Below are positions 23,301-34,046 of a stretch of 64,000 nucleotides of DNA, in pieces. The notes beneath the pieces were generated by a model. The model was not told where the DNA came from. It did no database searches and was given only the letters and a program-made list of their open reading frames with translations. A program made the position numbers and the translations under genes. The stretch lies in contig NW_027192207.1 in NCBI RefSeq assembly GCF_041956535.1, positions 126,810-190,809 of the forward strand, given 5' to 3'. Numbering within the stretch: position 1 is the first letter of the stretch; the number at the start of each line of letters is the position of its first letter. This DNA comes from Calcarisporiella thermophila CBS 279.70 (Eukaryota; Fungi; Calcarisporiellomycota).

Positions 23301-24393
23301 ACAGTTAACTGAGCCAAGAATGGCCTGCCTCAACTCTACCATAAAATCGGGCGGAAGGGATAGATTTCCGAGAGCATCAAGTATTGGAACAAGAAGTTCC
23401 TGATTCTCCTCCATGATCTTTTTTAATTCGTGAGCCACTGTCTACCAGTTTTGACCAATGTTAGCCTAGGGTTTGAGTTCAAGCTGCTTCAAAGAATAAT
23501 CGACCTTATGCTCTGAATCGTTTAAAATTTCCGGCAGGTTTACTATGATGTCTCTTTGAATGGCAAATGGGGTACAATCAATGATCTATCAAAGATAAGG
23601 GAAAGTTGAGTCACTTCAGACTGTTGAGTAGTAATGTCGCCAACTGACTTCGAGAAGTTTCTCTGTTAATCTACGCGGTTCAACGACATAATCTAGCCAT
23701 CTAAATTGTTGCAAAATCATTCGATGAAGACTTGAAGAGTGTGCACTATTAGTTATTAACGTAGAACGATTGAATATGCAGCATACAAATATCAATTATG
23801 CAATAATGAATATATACTCTGAGTTTTCTTCTGACTCCATGATAAAATTGGGTAGACGTTCCAAAAGTTGGTCCATTAACTCGGGCTGTAGACAGTCAAT
23901 AGATAGAAGAAGTCGTACTAAACTATCTGGCGTGGTTGAGCTACATAAAACCCATCAATCCAAATAGTTAAGGTGAGGGAAATGGCCTACTGCAATTCCG
24001 CAAGAAACGCGAAAAATTACTTGAAACGGTTAGAAGCACCAACTTCAAGAGTCATAGGAATTAGGCATGACCGTAAATTTTCGATGTGATCCAGGTGTTC
24101 TTGTAAAGCTTCTAAAAATTGGGCCACCCCATCATGCTGCGTGTGCGAGACGAGCTTCTTTGTAAGATTCCGGCGGAAAATGGCTGGGTCCACGACTTCG
24201 AAAGATAATGAAAAATTAGATACAATGAATGTTAAAAAATCATTAATCAAATAGAATCTCGCGGAACTTGATAGAATCTCAAAAAAATCACCACACCTAA
24301 GCGAGTCGATGATCCTCCCGAGCCTAGACGGCCACCGGCCTGATATATGAATTGATGGAAGATCGTCTCATGTTCAGGCTCATTTACCTCCAT
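17362..24393 (-). CDS. FANCD2: Fanconi anemia group D2 protein ortholog; many exons, acidic C-terminal tail
   Basis: DSLVRLLLSIDCLQP..LLERLP, QFRWLDYVVEP..LTEKL, QRDIIVNLPEIL, IIVRKQLS (monoubiquitination-site motif), NWFRELLNAF, LQTSTRTFQIVCGHVK and AFYLGSLKHRDL. The start at 24393 is inferred. Confidence 0.88.
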
Positions 24394-24717
24394 ATCGCGG
24401 CCTAGAATCATATTGTTTATTTAAGCCGTGTTTAGAGAGAACTTAAAAGGAATTGCGCGTGTAGCTATCCATCTCCCTAATAATTTACCATCATTTATAG
24501 GCATTTCGTGTTTTGGCCACCGACAAAGACGTGTAAAATTATACAGTCACAAAATAAAATTGGAAGGCTAAGTTTGGTCAAAAGCGGCAAACAGTTATAA
24601 CTGGGAGTAAACAAAGAGCCGTCACATATTTGTACTTTGTCACTCTAACTCCCTTTTACCCTTATACTCTCGCACATACCCCTACTTGATTAGCTTTTAG
24701 CTCCTCTATTATATATT

Positions 24718-25419
24718 ATGACAGAAAAACGGTATTATAGTTACGACCAAATTCATCGACTTATAAAGGAGTCAGTAGAGAAACATGATCTCCGTGAGGG
24801 ATGGAAGCCAGACGTCATTCTTGCCATTGGAGGAGGGTAAGTAAAGACGAAAGGGAATATTGGCAGCCAAAAAAAAGCAACCTATATCTATTGAACTTGT
24901 AGTGGTTTCATTCCTGCACGTATTTTGCGTACATTTCTTAAACGCCCAGACAATCGAAGTGTTCCCATTCAGGCTGTAGGACTTAGACTTTACGAAGAGC
25001 TTGAATCAGGTGAATCTCGTATGGGTGACAAGGTTGTTCGCACGCAATGGCTCCACTTCGGCGAAGGTGAGGAAGAAGCAGCGGCAGCAGCATTAGTTGG
25101 GAAACGCATTCTAATTGTGGACGAGGTCGATGATACAAGAACTACCCTGGCCTATGCTGTTCTGGAACTGCAGAAAGATTTGGAACGACTCGCACGGTTA
25201 AGAGGATTAGAAGGATTTGGTGGAACTAAAATTGGAGTGTTTGTCGTGCACAATAAGCTCAAGCCGAAACGTGCTGAGCTACCAGTCGAAGTTGACTATT
25301 TCTCTGCTGAGGATGTGAAAGACGCGTGGTGCGTGTACCCATGGGATGTCGAGGATATTGAAGAGCATACACGTATAGCGAATGAAAAGGTTCGAGGAGT
25401 CGAAAGCGCAACAAACTAA
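24718..25419 (+). CDS. HPT1: Xanthine/hypoxanthine-guanine phosphoribosyltransferase (fungal XPT1/HPT1 family); intron 24837-24902
   Basis: SYDQIH..PDVILAIGGGGFIPARILRTFLK, the PRPP-binding motif ILIVDEVDDTRTTL, HNKLKPK and YPWD. Confidence 0.9.
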
Positions 25420-25796
25420 ATACAGTAAATCGGAGACGCTAAATATTAGTAGAGTCCTCAAGTGTTAACCGATCCTAGTTCATACCAATCTCTAAACTAG
25501 AGTCAATTACAGCCTTTTTAACATTCACCCTTTCCCTCTCCCCCTCTCCCTGTCGTGTTCCTCGCCCTCTTCCTTCCCTTCTCTGTCAATAAATAGGTAT
25601 TACAGTTTGTTGTAGAAGGGGCATCATATTATAACTATGGCCCAGATTTTTTCTTCTGGCATTAATGTATAAATTCCTTTCAAAACTCCAAATCTGTGGC
25701 TACCTTTTACGAGGATCATAAGCTACACCACACTCGTTAAACATTGCATTGATAGAGAATAAAATTTGACATGTATCAAACAGTATATTAGAAGAT

Positions 25797-26286
25797 TTAA
25801 TATCCTAGCTCTTCCTTGGTCAGAATCCCAAGCTCTTCTTTCAATGGCTTGAGTTCTTCGAGGTATTGCTTATACTGTGACTCATTCTCGACCTTAGCCT
25901 GGATACCTTCGAATACGCGAACAGCTGTAGCGAAGTCGTTAACACGGCGGGCAGCCTTAAGCGCACTTTCAATCACTGATGGTGCAGGTACAAAGTCATA
26001 GGAAAAGCAATTGTTGAGCCCACGTTGAAGTTCAAACTGGTCATCGATTCCATCAAAAAACTTGACATAGCGGGTAGTGAAATCTTCGAAGGACTCTTCT
26101 TCGTGTGCGGAAGAATAGCTGCGGCGGACGATGATGGGAACTAAAGGCAGAGTGGGAAATGGAATCAGAAAAAGAATTAACATGACATAAACAACGCCTC
26201 TGAAAGGAACGCTTACCAATGGTATGTCCGTTGAGAGACGATTGGCGTAAGGCACCGGTTACTGAGCGTACAAGTAGTCTATTCAT
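25797..26286 (-). CDS. COX6: Cytochrome c oxidase subunit 6 (yeast Cox6 / mammalian COX5A) with mitochondrial presequence; one intron
   Basis: EESFEDF..DQFELQRGLNNCFSYDFVPAPSVIESALKAARRVNDFATAVRVFEGIQAKVEN. Confidence 0.95.
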
Positions 26287-26785
26287 TATGTGCTGTAATT
26301 AATCCGTGAAAAATTGTTTATCGAAACTTATTGACCCCAGTCGGATGCATGTTGGTGGCTTGTCTATTCCGTATCGGCTTCCCGAAGATGAGTCGAAATC
26401 TACATAAACTAAGCAATTAGATGATACTCTTGTATTTTTATTGTATCTGCATACCTTGCTTAGCAAAGTAACAATGCCTATGATCTATTTTCGAAAAATG
26501 TTTTGCCTGGATATTCGACCAAGTGAATACAAATATAAAAAAGAAAAATCCGAATAAGCAGCGGATGCTCGTAAATCCAAAATAAGAAATCCTATAAATA
26601 AAGCTTGAATAGATAGAGTTAACGAGGTGGGAGCAAGTTTAATATCCAGCATATATATTCTATTAGAGCAGTGCATATTCAAACGAAGCGGTAAAATGAT
26701 ACAAGATAAAATTGGAAAAGCGGGGGGTTGATATGTACAAGGAGAGGTGCAATTTGATACGATGGCCCTTTTCCATAATAATTAT

Positions 26786-28217
26786 TCATCTCCATACCTT
26801 CACCATGTTATCCCATCCGCAGCTTGCAACCACACCTCTCTGACCCGCCCAAGCAACGTGGATACAAGCGGCCTCGTGAGCTTTATCCACAACTAATCTC
26901 TTGTTTCCACTCGCAAAATCGTAAAACCACATTGCTCCATCGGAGCTTCCGCTTGCAACCATCCGACCTTCTGGTGAAAACTCGCATTGTATTGGGAATC
27001 CTGCGACACGATGTCCTTCCAATCTCTTTCTTTTATTCATTCGCCAACTCTTTGCAGAGAATATGGCAATATAATCTCCGTTTGTCTGGGCCACGAAATG
27101 TTGCCCTAGAACACGTAAAGCCGTAGGAGTATATGCCTCCTGATATATTTGATTTGAAAGCACACAGCCCGAATCAACGTCCATCACCATAATCGCTTTA
27201 TCTGCAGAATTCCGCACTGTATAGTCAGAAGCAGCAAGGAATTGGGCAGGGTCAGAAAGAAATTCAACATCTTGCACCTGACCGAAAAAACGAGGATAGC
27301 TCTTTGTTTTTCTAGATCAATATATAGCTATCAGCACTAATGCACACAAAAGTACTAGGAAGGAACACCTACTCTTTCGCCCGACAGTCCCAGAGTACCA
27401 ATCCCCCTTGATGCATTCCAGCAAGAAGAAGATGGGGATCGGTCGGGTGGTATCTGAGACAAGTAACATAATTATCGTGAGCAAAATCCTATTTCCAACC
27501 ATTTTAGTAAGCTAGCTCAATATTAAATATAAATAGTCATCACTCACATGGAGTTTTACCCCCTTCTCTACATCCCATACTCGCAGCTTCTTGTCATATC
27601 CGCCGGAAGCAATTTTTTGACCATCCCCACTCCACTGAAAGTCCCTCACTGCACCTGATGTAATCACAATAGTATTCAAAATGTATGTTTGCAAATTATT
27701 TTACAGTAATACTACCATCATGTCGATATTCTCTGACACAATCCTTGGTACGTAATGCATCATAAATCCGAAGGATTCCATCAGCACCCGCGCTTGCTAG
27801 TAAGTGCGCATGTGGCAGGGACCAGCGTACCTTATTTACCTTATCTTTTTGCACAAATTTAGCAACGCATCTTCGCGGGAGACCGTCGAGGCCATCGAAA
27901 TGAAGTGGATGCGGATTTAAAATATATAGAGATTGTTTTACGGATACTTAAAAGCCGAAATTCAAAGAGGGTAATAAGTAAAAGAAGAGTTTCTATATTC
28001 AAGAAGATCTGTGGACCGGCAAAATACCTGCATCGGTTTGGAATTTTTCTTCTACCGATTCCGGCTGAGACTCGAGTCTTCTTTTGCGCTTCGGAACGTA
28101 AGGTCGAATCTAATAATAGGAATAAAAAATAAACTATTGACTTTGCCAGAGGGAGTTTGCATTTGATTTAAATCGTACCTCTCCAGTCTTTGAGCTCGTT
28201 TCCACCGATCGTTTCAT
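26786..28217 (-). CDS. WD40-repeat protein, WDR25-like; multi-exon
   Basis: IRPYVPKRKR, VNKVRW..HLLASAGADG, VRDFQWS..IASGGYD, NKRKRLEGHRVAGFPIQCEFSPEG..ASGSSDG and ASCGWD. The start is approximate. Confidence 0.8.
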
Positions 28218-28566
28218 GCCCTTGACGCCGTTGGGAGGAGATGAAAGGAAAATGTGACTGCCGCTGGGGGTTTATCATCCTGGAAGGTCGATCCTAGAGT
28301 TTCAATCACCGCGTCATATTTCAAGAATGGAAGTAGCAATTTAGATTCATGCAAGAAATAAGTAGGAAAAAAAAATCAAGACACGCCTATTCACACACCA
28401 CTCTCTATAAATATTTTCTTCCCACCCCTTTTATTTTTTTTCTTCTTCTTCTCTCTCTTCACTCCAATATTGCATTCTTCTATTTCTCTCCCTTTCTCTC
28501 CTTCCTTCATTTCAAGATTCACTTCTGATCAGCCAGCTGTCCTTTTCACAAAATCTCATTGAGTCA

Positions 28567-29904
28567 ATGACCACATTCGACCGTGCTCCATGGCGACTAC
28601 CGAGCCCACATCCTCAGGAGGTCACCTCACCCGTTAACAAAAAATACATCGAGCCTGAGCCACTTACCCCGCACTCACAGGGTAATGATATGAAAGAAAA
28701 CACTCCACTCCACTCCACCGAGCGGGATTGTAACCTAACCTACCTCTCCGTTAGTTTTGTGTACGGATACCTACTCTCCTTGCTCTCCTCTTCTCACTCC
28801 GGTTGATATGGAGAAGAGTCGCAAAGTAACCACCTCTCTCTTTCCATCTCTTATTGGTGCTTGCAATGGAAATCGAGTATTTTACACTCTCTTTACGTTG
28901 GTAGTTGGCACAGGCATGGGATCGAATGCTAAAAGAAGAGCAATACCGCAAACTCCTCCACCAGAACTGTGACGAGGCTACCTGCTCTCGTTACCATAGA
29001 ACTATCCGATATTCATTCGAGACCCGATTGAAGGCAAAAGCACGTGTGCCAAAATGCGATAATACTAAGGAAGAGGTAAGAGAGGAGAAAGCGATTAGAA
29101 AGAGGAAATGGAGGAGCAATTTGGAAGAAGTTGGGAAGATAATAGGAGAGGATGGAGGGGAAATTGAAGAGCTAAGTGAGGGGAGAAAAATGGAGGAGGA
29201 AGCGGATGAATACGAAGGTGAAGACGAGGACGAAGTGAGCCTGGAGAGAGAGGAAGAAGGTGAGGAAGTGGACGAGGAAGTGGAGGAAGACATGTCAGAG
29301 GGGCCTCAACACAAAAAGCGAAAATCCATTCGTATCGCTCGTAGCCCTCCGCAACTGCTACGACATTCCCAGGAAAATTCTCCTATTGCATCCTCAATTG
29401 CATCTGCATCATCATTCATTGCCACAGCCTTGGCTACTCCTTCCCCGCATTCGCCCGCAAAGACATTGTCACCGCCCTCAGTTAAGGGAAAAACCACCTC
29501 GTCTCCCTCGGGCAATCCCCTGGCTAGTGGAGGCTATACTGGTACACTACCCAACAAAAGATGCCGGAGTTGTCACATGGAAATAAGTAAATCAACGTGC
29601 GGACGGCGAGGTGTTGATCATATCCCTAATGAACTGTGCAATAGCTGTGGACTCCGGTAAGAACCTTAAGTTAGCAGTAAATTGTACTAACACTGCTTCT
29701 AATTTATGTGTGATTCTCTTTAAATCTCCTTAAATTATGCATCTTGCATTTAGTTTGTTCAAGGGACGCTACTACTGCCCCGACCGTTCCTGTTATTTTG
29801 TACCAAGTAAATCCGAATACAAGCGTCTCAAAGCGTCAAGTTCGCGACCAATGTGTAGCCGCTGCAACCGTCAAGTGCTTGCTTATCACCACAAAGACAA
29901 ATAA
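28567..29904 (+). CDS. Ash1-like atypical GATA zinc-finger protein
   Basis: C-X2-C-X21-CNSCGLR, then after intron 29657-29753 the sequence LFKGRYYCPDRSCYFVPSKSE...MCSRC (a second Cys set). Acidic and SP-rich middle region. The 5' exon structure is uncertain. Confidence 0.65.
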
Positions 29905-30419
29905 CTCTTCATACTGCACTATTACCTTTTGCATATCTTTTTTTTTTCACTCTCGGGTTGTGAGAGAGGATAAAATTTTTGCGTAGATTTGGAAAAAATT
30001 TAGAGTTTTGGTCAAAATACTTCTTTCACAAACTTGTTTCTTACCCCCTCCGTTGTTCTTTTATATATTTTGTTTCTTTCTTCTTCTACCTATGTTGTGC
30101 TATTACCCACGCCCTTATATCCCCGCTTCTCAAAAAGTCGACGCTATTTTCTTTTCTTTTTGCAAACTTTTGCGTGATTTGGGAATAAATAGGATGAATG
30201 GAGACCATTGCCTTTTTCATCTCCTGATTATCATATGCATATTGAGCAAGTATCTCAATATTTACTATAAATATTTACATATATAACCGATAAAATAATA
30301 GTACAGTAATAATTATTCTAATAAAATTAAAATTTGACATTGCGAAGATAGGTAAGAACCACCTGACCCACAAGGCAAACTGAACAAAGCTAATCTCAAT
30401 AGTCACCATTTACACCAGT

Positions 30420-31088
30420 CTAATCCTCATCTTTGTTTTCAAAGTTTCGAATAATCGCCCCCACAAAATCTCCTTGTGAGTTCAGGTTGGAATGTTTGTT
30501 TCGTATCGTCTCTTCTCGACTGTTATAACTTTTATCCCAGAAGCTCTTATCCGAAAAGATCTTAATGCCATTTCCTACGCCGTCATGGAGCTTTCCCTCC
30601 TCCGAGAGTTTCTCGAAGTATTCCATGAGCTTCAAGAATTTCCCGCTAGTCATAAAATCTCTGAACCCCCGTTCCTCTAAGGAGTTCGAGTCCTGGCGCT
30701 GGTCGGCATCAATAAGCTGTTGCAGATATTCTCTCATACTAGAATCCTCGTCTCGTGACCAGAAAAAATGCTTCTTCTTTTTCTTTTTTGTTTTCGTTTT
30801 CTTCTCATCATCCTCCTCGTCGTCTTTACTCATCCATCGCCCAATGAAATCAACAGCCTTCTTCACGTCCTTGTCTTCTAGAAGATGTTGTTTAAGTCGC
30901 TCAAGTTCTTGTTCTTCAATCGCTTGGAACTCTTGTTCCGCTAGCTCCTTTATATAGGACACCATCGCCTTGATCGGACGGCTGCGGAAGAACTCCCTAA
31001 TTCCACCGCTGTGCTCACCTCGCTCCTGAAGATCCTGCAGTTGGGCGGTGATAAGGAGCGGGAAAATCAGAAAATACAATATCTTCAT
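30420..31088 (-). CDS. Secreted hypothetical protein with internally repeated helical units
   Basis: Intronless 222-aa ORF starting MKILYFLIFPLLITA (signal peptide-like). Two segments led by LxERG and a central poly-Lys run. Confidence 0.7.
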   Translation of the reverse strand: MKILYFLIFPLLITAQLQDLQERGEHSGGIREFFRSRPIKAMVSYIKELAEQEFQAIEEQELERLKQHLLEDKDVKKAVDFIGRWMSKDDEEDDEKKTKTKKKKKKHFFWSRDEDSSMREYLQQLIDADQRQDSNSLEERGFRDFMTSGKFLKLMEYFEKLSEEGKLHDGVGNGIKIFSDKSFWDKSYNSREETIRNKHSNLNSQGDFVGAIIRNFENKDED

Positions 31089-31770
31089 GTTGAAGAAGGG
31101 AGCCGTACAAAAGTATATAGTAAAACACAAAAACAAGCCAGAGATTAAATGGGACAGAGGTCCTAATATTTGGATTCTTCGGATATTTGTAGTGCAGCTA
31201 CTTTCGACCCTGGCGCATGTATTTTCGTGGATTTATTGTAGTTTGGGAGGTGAGCTGCACAAACACATAGCCACGCTGTTTTTAATTTCGCACAAATCGT
31301 GGGGAAAGTTTCGACGAGGGACGCTGGGCCTTGTTTTTCCCAAAAAAATAAAGCAAGTAAAACTCAAAACAGGGGTTCATCCCATATGAAAACAAACTCG
31401 GGCTTGCATTTGCTGGCCAGATGAAGGGCAGCTCCAGGCATTTGATCATCGCACCCCTCGCTACTCCACAATGGCGTGAATAATAGACGCGCCTCGCTTA
31501 TCACACGAATCTAAATCTCGCAGACTCTTCGTTATGGCCCTGTACTTGGCCAATCGGATCGCATGGGTCTGGCGCGGAGGTAGGGCGCCTTATGGTTCGA
31601 GAAGCTTCCCTGTTTTACCTCTTCATATGATATCTGCAGTTTAAGCCTTCAGGATAAATTAAAAAATTTCCACTGACTAAGAGTATTTCCCTGGAATATT
31701 TATACCGGGATTGAACAGGCATTCTGCTCCCCAAATCAAATTGTGATCAACCACTTATCCCAAATCGCTA

Positions 31771-33172
31771 ATGCCGATCCGAGCTAAGAGCTGGTCTTTC
31801 GCTACTACGATCCCGGAATTTACAGGGCCATTTCGTGTGGGCTGCCATGACATTGAGCTGGTTTACAAAGGCGGTATGTCTGAGGGACATCCCGAAGAAG
31901 GCTCAAAAGTTGCCGGCGAGAAACTGAGCAAAGGACTGGAAGGCCTTCTTGTTCGCCTATATTATCCAGCTGAACCCCAGAACAATCACTTGACGAGCTG
32001 GTTGCCGACTCCGATGAATCTGTATGGTCAAGGTGAGATCTCGAAATTTGTCATTTTATCATTAGCCACTATTAATTCGAGCTTGTTAGGTTACGGCGAT
32101 TTCGCTAAAATTCCCAAGTGGATCTCCACACCCGTTTTCGTGTGGTCTCTTATGTACACCAAGATCCCTGCATTCTTGAATGCGCCGTTAGCCTCCGACA
32201 AGAACCGCTTCCCAGTGGTGGTGTTCTCTCATGGGATTGGCTGCAATCGCTCCACGTATTCGTATATATGTGGTCAGCTTGCAAGTGCAGGCTGCGTGGT
32301 ATGTGCTGTGGAGCACCGTGACGGTTCAGCTTCCTTCTCTCATGTAAAACGAAAGCAGCCACTCGAATACGTGCATCCCGTTGATCCATCTGCAATGGAA
32401 TTCCGGCGAGAGCAGGTGAAGCACAGGCTTGAGGAAGTAAACGCCTGTTGGGAGCTAGTGAAGAAGCTTGAAGATGGGCATCTGGTCGAGAATATTTTCG
32501 AGGAGAGAATTGACCTTGGGCAGTTCAAAGGTCGACTGGATCTCGAGAATGCGGTAATGGCGGGTCACTCTTTTGGTGGCTGCACAACGGCAAGTATCTT
32601 GCATCCTATGGCCACATTTTTTCATGAGTTTACTAACTTCCTCTTTTTCTTAGATCGAGGTACTAAAGAATCCGGATGCTCCTTTCAAAGTTGGCATCAC
32701 TCTTGACCCTTGGATGGAACCTTTCTTGGGAACACCCACAGTCACTCGTCCATTGATTGTGATTAATAGCGAAGGATTCACGAAATGGTTGCTCAACTTT
32801 AGGCTTGTTGAGGCTATGATGAAGAATGCACCTAAGAACTCTAGATTATTCACCATTCTTGGTAGCGGACATCAGAATCATAGCGATATTCCAGTAAGTC
32901 ATCGCAACCTAGATAGTGTTCCGTCCTTCATCTCTAACATTCGATTTTATTTTTTATCTTTTAAATAGGCGCTTTTCCCAACGCTCAGTCGTCGTTTCAC
33001 TAAATCAACTGGACCTATGGATCCCGCACTTGCTCTAGAGTTAAACGCAAGACTCATTTTCGAGTTTTTGCGCCAGTATGTCCCGAATATTGCTGAAAAG
33101 ATTCCTGTCGATTCGAAGATACTATCGGATAACCCAACAGAGCGGCCGGTTGAAATCCAAATTCATCAATAG
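31771..33172 (+). CDS. Platelet-activating factor acetylhydrolase family (alpha/beta hydrolase); introns include one GC-AG
   Basis: GPFRVGCHDI, RLYYP, PVVVFSHGIG, VEHRDGSA, nucleophile motif GHSFGG, LDPWM and GHQNHSD. Confidence 0.92.
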
Positions 33173-34046
33173 CAAACTTATTTATTAGACGTTGAACAAT
33201 CTATTGCCTTTCTCCGCCAATTTATATCTATATTGAGACATCTTATCCTATACGACCACTTCATTAATTTTATGCAATATACATATTTAAAAACAGCCCC
33301 ATCTGATTTTCTTGTTCTCCTTATCTCCCATTCCAAATATTCTGGAATCTATACGCTGTGGAGATGATTGACTGACAAACTGAGCTTGAATTTAATCGGA
33401 CACTGGGTTTATAGGTCATTCGAATAAATAGCACGAATACACATACTCGGGCAAAAGTATCGCCAGAAGTAGGGGTTAGGGGTACTTGCTTAGTAACACG
33501 CGTGTACAATTGGCTTTGATAATTGTCATGATTTTTCGAATTATATTATCTAGATATCCGGGAAGTGCCTCCTTTCAAACGAACACTTCCCAAGGGTCAC
33601 AAAGGACTTTTAAATAAACGAGAAAAATCTTTGTCCACTTATATTAGACAGTAACATTAAGTCTATAATTTCAACCATTTAATCTACTAGTTTGCGATGC
33701 ACTGAGCATCCAAAGTCTGGTAACAACTAAGTACTCGTGAATTTGTGATTCTTTTTTCAAATGGCCTCACTCTTGTAAAATGAAGCTGACAATAGGCTAA
33801 AAATAGGCATTGAACATTATAACTGCCTGAAAACTTCATCCAAGAAAGTGTCACATTTCCTTTAGAGTCTCATAAGCGGGCCTTGATCTTGCCGACCAAA
33901 AAGATATTTTTTCTAGAGAGTTGAAAATCAATTTTCGATTTTGATATTCGCATAATTTACCAAGATAAAACGCAGAATTCACGAGGCGCAGTTTCATATA
34001 TATTTTGGCCACCGAGGAAGCAACTGGGGAGTGAAGGGTTGTGAAA

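Noticed and set aside
33470-33505. Telomere-like GGGTTAGGG (also CCCTAACCCT at ~52369) and an MCB-like ACGCGT upstream of the HLTF-like gene
   Set aside because: Single short copies; too weak to call.
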